DNA from: a virus
Lineage: Duplodnaviria; Caudoviricetes
Length of the DNA: 64,000 nt
IMG/VR virus record: IMGVR_UViG_3300027736_000001
Location: 1,311-65,310 of that record
Strand: one strand, 5' to 3'
Under the pieces are notes generated by a model that was not told the origin of the DNA, made no database searches, and saw only the letters and a program-made list of their open reading frames with translations. Positions 57,609 to 64,000 of this stretch are shown here, in pieces (the first letter of the stretch is position 1; each line of letters starts with the position of its first letter). The position numbers were made by a program, and so were the translations under genes.

Positions 57609-60600
57609 ATGGCAACCGGACCTTGGGACGCATACAAATCAGACGCATCCCAAGGGCCTTGGGCGCAATACGCCGCTCAGCCAGAACCTGTTTCTGAAGG
57701 CCCTTGGACCCAGTATGCTGTTGCGCCTAAAGTAGAGGCCGAGGAAAAGCCGCAAGCAACCACATCAAACCCGTTTATGGGAATGATTGGTCGTACCGCA
57801 TCTTTGACTGGTGCAGGTGTTGGGGCCGTGGCAGAAGTTGCCGAGCGAATTGGTGATAAGTTGGAATTGGCTGTGCCGCTGTCCGGTATCAGTGAAGAAG
57901 ACATAAAGAACAAGAAGCAGCTTCAACCCCTGTTTGATTGGGCTAAATCGCTTAAAGATTTTGACGAGAGTATCGGCTATCAACCTAGCACGCAACTTAA
58001 AGAGTTGGGTAGCAACCCCCTCAAGGCTGTACCGTTCATTGCCGAGCGCGTGCTGACTTCTTCTCCAGATATGGTGGCAGCGGCAGGGGTTTTCCCTGCT
58101 TATATCATGGCGCGTACCAAAGAAATTTTGGACGAGCGCGTTAAAAATGACGAGAAGACGCTTGATGACGCCACTGTCGGAGACGTAATTGCTGCGGCTA
58201 CTGCCGCTATTGTAGAAGGCACGTTTGAACGCTTTGCCACCAAAGGACTTTTAAAACCCACTGTTGGTAAAACGGGCGCTGGGCGCATTGGAAAAGAGAC
58301 AGCTATTCAAGCTGGTACTGAGGCTTTGGAAGAAGAAGCGGCGTACCTTGGTGAAGCTGCGGGGACCAAGAAAGGTCTCAGCGCAGAAGAGGCGTTGAAT
58401 CGTGGCTTGGAAGCTGCGATCGTTGGTGGTGGTCTTGGCGCTGGCGTGCAGGGCACAAAAGAATATCTCAACCGCAAACCCGAAGCTGCCTCAGAGGCAC
58501 CTGCACAAACAGTTGCCGGACAACCAACGACTGCCCCTACCGTAGAAGAAGCTGCTGCTGCGCCAACGCCCGGTGTGCCACAAATTGATCCTGCGCGTGT
58601 GGAGCAATTAAAAACCACATTTACGGATATGGGGCTGACGCCCGCCGAGGCTGAAATCAAAGCCGTGGAAGCGGCTACTTTAGAGGCAGAAGATGATGCG
58701 GCTTACGAAAGAACAGCGCAAGGAGCAGAAAATGTTGCAGGAACTGACACTACAGCAGGTGGAGCAGGCGCTCCAGTGGTTGGACAGCCCGGTGCAGTCA
58801 GCGCCCCCGCAGGAGTTGGAGCAGTTGAGCCAAGTGGAGTGGTACCTGTTGGACAAAATGTTGCAGCAACTCCTGCTGGAGAAGCGGTTCAGCAGCCTGC
58901 ATTAACACTTGATGAACGGGTTGCTTTAGACGAAGCCGAGCAAGCCAAGTCTGAAGCAAAACGCGCTGAAGCCCAGCAAGTTGCAAAAACTAATTTTGAC
59001 GCTGCTCTTGACCAAGTAAACAGTCCTGAGTACAACGGGGATGTCAATGCGGCTCTTGACTCCTACCGCCAAAACACAATTGACACGCTTGTGGATAATG
59101 GGGAGACCGATCAGTTTGTAATTCGCCAAGCTGAAGATACGTTTGATCGTCTAGCCACAGAATACAAAACCAAACAAACCCCCGCAACTGAAACCGCAGA
59201 AGGCATCCCGCCTGTTGAAGAGCAAGCTGCACTGCAAGAAGAACTTGCCGCAGAACAAGCCAAGACGGACGTTGACCACGCCGAGGAAGCCCCCATCCCT
59301 GATTCAGTTGCCAACGTGATTGGCGATCTGGCTGACCTTGCGCCTGAGATCGAGGCCGAGACCCAAGCTGAAACTGAAGCTGCGCCTAAAGGCAAACGCG
59401 GGCCGAAGGGCGCTCGGCTAACACCAGAGCAAAGGGCCGCGTCAGATCAAAGGCGTGAGCAACAGCGCAAAGATTGGAAGTCCAACAGCAAAGCAGTAGA
59501 TGCTGCGGATGCGGCACTTAATAATGCACTGACACCCTTGGACCCCAGCGGCTACGACAGTCTTGAGGCCGCGCAAGAAGCGGTTGAGAGCCAACGAATT
59601 GGCAAAATTCAAGCAATCAAATCATTGTTGTTGTTGGGGCGCGTGCTTAAAGGTACGCAGCTAGGCGCTAGAGTTGATGCGTTGCTTAAAAATCCGGCAA
59701 TCACTGCCAGGGAACTTGCTGATATCAAAACAGGCATTGCTGCCCAAGTATCCAAGTCTGCTGCTCAAGTCAAAACGGGTCGGGCCGATACCAGATTCAA
59801 CAAGATGACCACTGGCCAGCAAGCGTTGCGGCACGTCATCAAAACAGGTAATCCATTCCAAAAGTTTTTGGCCCAGCGCCTGCTGCCGTTTGTCAAAGAC
59901 GTTCGCTTCCAAGTCATCGAGGAGGATGCTCCTCTGCCCCCGCAAATTACTGAGGGCGGCGCTGTTGAAGACTGGGATATGTCTCGTGGGTTGTTTCTGC
60001 GTGTTGTCTCTACAGGCGAGCGATTTGTATTTGTCCGGGGCGTGACTGGGGGTCCAAGCCAAGGCATAAACAACGTCACTGTGCTGCACGAGATGCTGCA
60101 CGCCGCCCTAAACAAGAAAATGGACATGGCGCTTAGTGCGTTGCAATCCGGGTCTATTTTTGAGCGTCGGTCCGATTTGGGTAAGGCTTACAACGCCTTG
60201 TTGGATACGATGAACCTGACGGTCAATCGAGTAAATGAAATGCGCGAAGCGGGCACTTTGCCCGACTTCATGGAGGATTTAATCGCCTCCAACATTTTTG
60301 GAGACCCCCGCGAGTTTGTTGCGTATGCAATGTCGGACCCCACCTTTCAAAAGTTCCTGATGGACACGCCGGGGGTGTTGAAGCAGTCATTGTTCACTCG
60401 CTTCGTCAACAATGTGCGGCAGTTCTTCAACATGGGGCCGATGCACACAAGTGCCCTGTCAGATGTAATCAACCTCACCGACAAGATGCTGACGTCTCGT
60501 ATGACGCCTTTGATGCAAGCCGAGGTTAAGAACGAACAGTTGACAGCAAAAGAAGCCGAGGTTTCTTCCCAACTCAAGACCAAAAAGAAGAAGGCCAACG

Positions 60601-63600
60601 CAACGGAAACCAAGATTGAGAAGAGCAATACTGCCGACACGTTCCGTGATCTGGGCACGTTGACCAACCTGCGCAGCATGAACGATTTTGTAAATGTGAT
60701 GCTGTTGCGGGGCAAAGTTTTTTCAAACGCAGCGTTGCGTCAACTTCTACCTGCGCTGCAAACCAGTGCGGTTGTGCAGTGGGCCGACCGACTCGGTATC
60801 AAAGGCATCAAAGAATCTTGGCAGTACCTGGGCGATATGGCTGCGATGCGCAATGAGCGCACCAATGCTCTGTTCCCTATATCTGATAAGCTGGCGAAGC
60901 TGCATCGCACATCTATCAAGCAGTTCAAGGCTTTGGCTGACGTGATGCACTATTCCACGCTGTTGTCGCGGGACCCAACCAAGCCGTTCTATCTGCTTGC
61001 TGGTACGGGCAAAGACCGTATCTCCATGTCTTTTGCCACTGCTGCCGAGCGTGACACTTACGCAAAAGCCAACGCCCAAAAGTTACAAGACTTGGGCGGC
61101 AAACGTGAGTTCACCGATCCTACGTTGGAGCGACTGTGGAAAGGGTTAACCCCCGACGTTAAAAAACTTTATTCGGACGTGCGTGACTTCTACATAAACA
61201 ACCACGACATGTACCAAGATTTGCTCCAGCAGCAGATCAATACGTCCAAGCTTGACCCCACGGCGCAAAAGAAAGTTATCGCCGAACTCAAGAAGATGTA
61301 CGAGGACGGCAAGAAGCTGTATCCGTACTTCCCCCTCATGCGTTACGGGCAGTATTGGCTGCGTGTCGGTAAAGGTAAGAACCGTGAGTTCTACATGTTT
61401 GAAAGCGAGATCAATCGAGACTTGTTTGCGCAAGAACGGGCAAAGCAGTTAGGTGAAAGCTTAGACGACCTGAAGCAACGCAAAGAAGTGGACGCTGGTA
61501 ACGACCTGTCGGATGCGCGTAAGAATGACCAAGAACCCAGCAGTATGCTAAAGAAGATGTTTGAGGCCATTGACAACGGCGCGGTAGCGCAATCTGTTAC
61601 GGACGATCAAGGGAACTTAGTGTCCACAGGTATGTCCAAAATTGACGTTGATCGCCTCAAGGATGAGATTTACCAGATGTACTTGCAGACGTTGCCCGAT
61701 CGCAATTTCCGCAGGCAGTTCATGCACCGCCAAGGCACGACGGGTTTCACTGGAGACATTGCCCGCAACTTTGCTGTGACGGGTACAAACATGGCCAATC
61801 AATTGGCCCGCATCAAGTACGGCCCAAAGATCATGGGGCAGCTTGACCGCGCCAGCGACTCCCTCCAAGGGAATCCAAATAAAGCCAGACTTGGTGAGTT
61901 TGTGACTGAGATGCGTATGCGTGCAGAGACGCAGGTGCGCCCTGATCCCGAAGACAGTGCTATGTACGGGGCATCCGCTTTTGTGAACCAATCGGCGTAT
62001 CTGTGGCTGATGACTTCGGTGAAAACTGCTGTGGCACAGTTAACGGCCATTCCAATTTTTGTTGGCCCAGTGCTCACTTCCAATCACGGATTTAACCCAG
62101 CCAAAGTTGCGGCGTCTTTGGGGAAATCTTTGGCCATCTTTGGCTCCACTGGCGTTACACGCACTGCTGCGGACGGCACGTCCACTTACGAGTTTCCATC
62201 TATGCTCAACAACCAATTGGTGAAGTTGACTGGGGACGAACAACTTGCGGCTCAGTACATGGCGGACCGAGGGATTAGCGATACCACGTTGGCTTATGAC
62301 TTGGGTAATCGTAGAGCAAAGCCTACACAAGCAACTCAAGGGGCAGTAGCCCGGACTTGGCGGGTTACAACTAACACCATGACGGCGTTGTTCCATCACA
62401 CCGAACGCATGGTGCGGGAAGTCACGTTCATGACTTCGTATCGTTTGTATCGAAGTGAAATAAACCCCGACACAAAGAAAAAGTACACCCACGAAGAAGC
62501 CCTGCCATTGGCCGAAGCCGAAACATATCAGGCGCTGGGTAACTATCACGCATCAGAGCGTCCTCGTGGCTTGCTTGCTACCGCAGAGCGGAGTGTTTTA
62601 ATCAACGCTCACAAGCCGCTCGAAAGGGCGCTGTTGCAGTTCAAAATGTTCCCAGCGTTTGTGACCACGTTCTTCCTTCGCAACGCTTACCGCATGGTTG
62701 CCGGGCTGGATGCCAAGGACCGGGCGAAGGCTATGACTCAGTTCTTTGGAACAATTGCCATGTCTGGGATGATTGCTGGCTATGCTGGCGTTCCTGGCGC
62801 GTCTTTTATGATGGGCGTACTTCAAGCCATGAGCAAGTCAAAAGACGAGGACGAAGAGGACCCCCTTGACGAACGCGATTTGGAATTCTGGTTTCGCAAC
62901 AAGTGGCTCCCTGAGACTTTTGGCAGCGTGAAGGTTGGCAACCACACTTTGGACGAAATCCTTGACCGTGGGGTGCTCACGGCCATGACTGGCTACGATA
63001 TCACTGGTAGCTTATCACTCAACAACATGTGGATGCCCGAGGTCAAGGAATCCGCTACTGCAACTGCTGCGATGCAAGAATATCTTATGTCGTTGATGGG
63101 GCCGGGCTTTTCACTTGGCTTTAAACAAATACCCCAAGCAATTGATTACTACAACAAGGGTGATATCTTGCGTGGAGTTGAGCAATTGATGCCAGCGTTT
63201 GTTCGTGGGGCGTTCACTGCTGAACGGTATGAGCGCGAGGGTGCTACTACTGCGTCAGGTGCAATTATCAAAGATGCCGACGAATTTACCAAGGGTCAAC
63301 TGTGGGCGCAGCGATTTGGGTTTGCCACCGAAGGGCTTGTGGCCCAGCGCGAAGCAATCTTCCACCTCCAAGGCGAGATTCTCAAAGTTAAACGTGAGCG
63401 CACTGAACTGCTTGATCGGCTGGAGCGGGACTTGGACAAAGGTTCGGACGAGGACGTGGAGAAGGTGCTCACCAAGATGGCCAAGTTCAACTCCAGCAAT
63501 CCTTTCGATGCCATCAAGTACGAGAACATCAAAGCCTCGTTGAAGAAGCAGCTTGAGCGCAAGATGAAGTCTGATCGGGGTATGCCAATCGATAAGAAAT

Positions 63601-63677
63601 ACTACCCGCAGGTCATGGAGATTTTGGAACCTTCCACCCGCAAATTGGACCGCGAAGCGCAAGCGGCTCGGCAATAA
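57609..63677 (+). CDS. Giant (2022 aa) ejection/polyvalent protein with HExxH metallopeptidase-like domain
   Basis: VLHEMLH then EFVAYAMS; YFPLMRYG; last gene of the late arm. Confidence 0.65.
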   Translation: MATGPWDAYKSDASQGPWAQYAAQPEPVSEGPWTQYAVAPKVEAEEKPQATTSNPFMGMIGRTASLTGAGVGAVAEVAERIGDKLELAVPLSGISEEDIKNKKQLQPLFDWAKSLKDFDESIGYQPSTQLKELGSNPLKAVPFIAERVLTSSPDMVAAAGVFPAYIMARTKEILDERVKNDEKTLDDATVGDVIAAATAAIVEGTFERFATKGLLKPTVGKTGAGRIGKETAIQAGTEALEEEAAYLGEAAGTKKGLSAEEALNRGLEAAIVGGGLGAGVQGTKEYLNRKPEAASEAPAQTVAGQPTTAPTVEEAAAAPTPGVPQIDPARVEQLKTTFTDMGLTPAEAEIKAVEAATLEAEDDAAYERTAQGAENVAGTDTTAGGAGAPVVGQPGAVSAPAGVGAVEPSGVVPVGQNVAATPAGEAVQQPALTLDERVALDEAEQAKSEAKRAEAQQVAKTNFDAALDQVNSPEYNGDVNAALDSYRQNTIDTLVDNGETDQFVIRQAEDTFDRLATEYKTKQTPATETAEGIPPVEEQAALQEELAAEQAKTDVDHAEEAPIPDSVANVIGDLADLAPEIEAETQAETEAAPKGKRGPKGARLTPEQRAASDQRREQQRKDWKSNSKAVDAADAALNNALTPLDPSGYDSLEAAQEAVESQRIGKIQAIKSLLLLGRVLKGTQLGARVDALLKNPAITARELADIKTGIAAQVSKSAAQVKTGRADTRFNKMTTGQQALRHVIKTGNPFQKFLAQRLLPFVKDVRFQVIEEDAPLPPQITEGGAVEDWDMSRGLFLRVVSTGERFVFVRGVTGGPSQGINNVTVLHEMLHAALNKKMDMALSALQSGSIFERRSDLGKAYNALLDTMNLTVNRVNEMREAGTLPDFMEDLIASNIFGDPREFVAYAMSDPTFQKFLMDTPGVLKQSLFTRFVNNVRQFFNMGPMHTSALSDVINLTDKMLTSRMTPLMQAEVKNEQLTAKEAEVSSQLKTKKKKANATETKIEKSNTADTFRDLGTLTNLRSMNDFVNVMLLRGKVFSNAALRQLLPALQTSAVVQWADRLGIKGIKESWQYLGDMAAMRNERTNALFPISDKLAKLHRTSIKQFKALADVMHYSTLLSRDPTKPFYLLAGTGKDRISMSFATAAERDTYAKANAQKLQDLGGKREFTDPTLERLWKGLTPDVKKLYSDVRDFYINNHDMYQDLLQQQINTSKLDPTAQKKVIAELKKMYEDGKKLYPYFPLMRYGQYWLRVGKGKNREFYMFESEINRDLFAQERAKQLGESLDDLKQRKEVDAGNDLSDARKNDQEPSSMLKKMFEAIDNGAVAQSVTDDQGNLVSTGMSKIDVDRLKDEIYQMYLQTLPDRNFRRQFMHRQGTTGFTGDIARNFAVTGTNMANQLARIKYGPKIMGQLDRASDSLQGNPNKARLGEFVTEMRMRAETQVRPDPEDSAMYGASAFVNQSAYLWLMTSVKTAVAQLTAIPIFVGPVLTSNHGFNPAKVAASLGKSLAIFGSTGVTRTAADGTSTYEFPSMLNNQLVKLTGDEQLAAQYMADRGISDTTLAYDLGNRRAKPTQATQGAVARTWRVTTNTMTALFHHTERMVREVTFMTSYRLYRSEINPDTKKKYTHEEALPLAEAETYQALGNYHASERPRGLLATAERSVLINAHKPLERALLQFKMFPAFVTTFFLRNAYRMVAGLDAKDRAKAMTQFFGTIAMSGMIAGYAGVPGASFMMGVLQAMSKSKDEDEEDPLDERDLEFWFRNKWLPETFGSVKVGNHTLDEILDRGVLTAMTGYDITGSLSLNNMWMPEVKESATATAAMQEYLMSLMGPGFSLGFKQIPQAIDYYNKGDILRGVEQLMPAFVRGAFTAERYEREGATTASGAIIKDADEFTKGQLWAQRFGFATEGLVAQREAIFHLQGEILKVKRERTELLDRLERDLDKGSDEDVEKVLTKMAKFNSSNPFDAIKYENIKASLKKQLERKMKSDRGMPIDKKYYPQVMEILEPSTRKLDREAQAARQ

Positions 63678-63701
63678 AAAACCCCCGCACTAAGGCGGGG
63701 G
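63676..63701 (-). terminator. Intrinsic terminator between the convergent arms
   Basis: Minus strand CCCCCGC-cttagt-GCGGGGG-T6. Confidence 0.85.
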
Positions 63702-63764
63702 AAAGGGAGGAAGGGAGAACCTTCAAGGAGCAAACATCATGTGCTGGCAACTGCATTCCCAGCA
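63676..63764 (-). ncRNA. Candidate ~90-nt sRNA with anti-SD tracts
   Basis: Promoter-like TTGCGG-17-TACACT (63798-63770), 5' hairpin, C/U-rich middle, terminator. Confidence 0.55.
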
Positions 63765-63777
63765 TCGCCAGTGTAGC

Positions 63778-63972
63778 TCATACCCGCCACACCCGCAAAC
63801 CTTTGATGCCCTCTACGATCACAACTTTTGTAACAATACGAATTTTCAGTCGGCCCATAACTTCCTTCACTGCACGTTTTGCTGCCTTGTGGTCAATGCA
63901 GGGTACAAAAAAGGAATGGCCGACCCGAAACTTCGCCCAGTTAATCCTGTACGTTACTGTCTCGATCTTCAT
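63778..63972 (-). CDS. Small conserved phage protein
   Basis: INWAKFRVGHSFFVPC...GLRVWRV. Confidence 0.7.
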   Translation of the reverse strand: MKIETVTYRINWAKFRVGHSFFVPCIDHKAAKRAVKEVMGRLKIRIVTKVVIVEGIKGLRVWRV

Positions 63973-64000
63973 TCGCGTTTAGCATTACATCCATTTGCAG
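63941..64000 (-). CDS. 3' end of a gene entering from the right edge (possibly primase-DUF927)
   Basis: Open frame LQMDVMLNANEDRDSNVQD* overlapping the next start. Confidence 0.4.
   Translation of the reverse strand: MQMDVMLNANEDRDSNVQD

Larger units (their letters stand above)
1..64000. mobile_element. Tailed bacteriophage genome (Caudoviricetes, podovirus-like), nearly complete
   Basis: Terminase, portal, capsid, tail fibre, endolysin, DNA polymerase, helicase and primase genes in two divergent arms; no host housekeeping genes. Confidence 0.97.

Noticed and set aside
23265-63674. Minus-strand ORFs in the late arm (e.g. 26987-27553, 30784-31338, 53498-54157)
   Set aside because: Antisense shadows of real genes with no RBS or motifs
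63739-64000. Plus-strand ORF with AAGGAG RBS starting at ATG 63739
   Set aside because: It lies antisense to a plausible gene and has odd composition; the minus-strand promoter and terminator explain the sequence better (not fully excluded)
1-64000. tRNAs, integrase, introns/inteins, alternative genetic code
   Set aside because: No cloverleaf seen in the few intergenic gaps; polymerase, terminase and capsid genes are uninterrupted under the standard code; tRNAscan-SE and HMM searches were not run

Overview
The window is almost a whole tailed dsDNA phage genome with podovirus/P22-like gene logic, of the kind common in freshwater metagenomes; the host cannot be read from sequence. The minus-strand arm (1-22.7 kb) carries replication genes (primase-DUF927, SNF2 helicase, Cas4-like nuclease, family A DNA polymerase, VRR-NUC), a MoxR AAA+/vWA-metallopeptidase module and about 35 small early genes behind strong sigma70 promoters. 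The plus-strand arm (23.1-63.7 kb) carries terminase, portal, a GroES-like protein, scaffold, a Mu gpT-like capsid, small basic proteins, tail and fibre genes, lysis genes and three large ejection proteins. I saw no integrase, tRNA or CRISPR. Four signals are not explained by the gene list: (1) 18 copies of a palindrome CTAACA-NN-TGTTAG confined to 10.1-22.9 kb, many supplying a gene's stop and/or start codon; (2) a ~90-nt minus-strand sRNA candidate (63676-63764) with its own promoter and terminator and anti-Shine-Dalgarno tracts complementary to phage ribosome-binding sites; (3) small late proteins sharing a C-terminal xxGG...ADGIAxRGKTKG tag; (4) a pseudoknot-like RNA downstream of the capsid gene. 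All functional calls rest on motif recognition by eye, not database searches.
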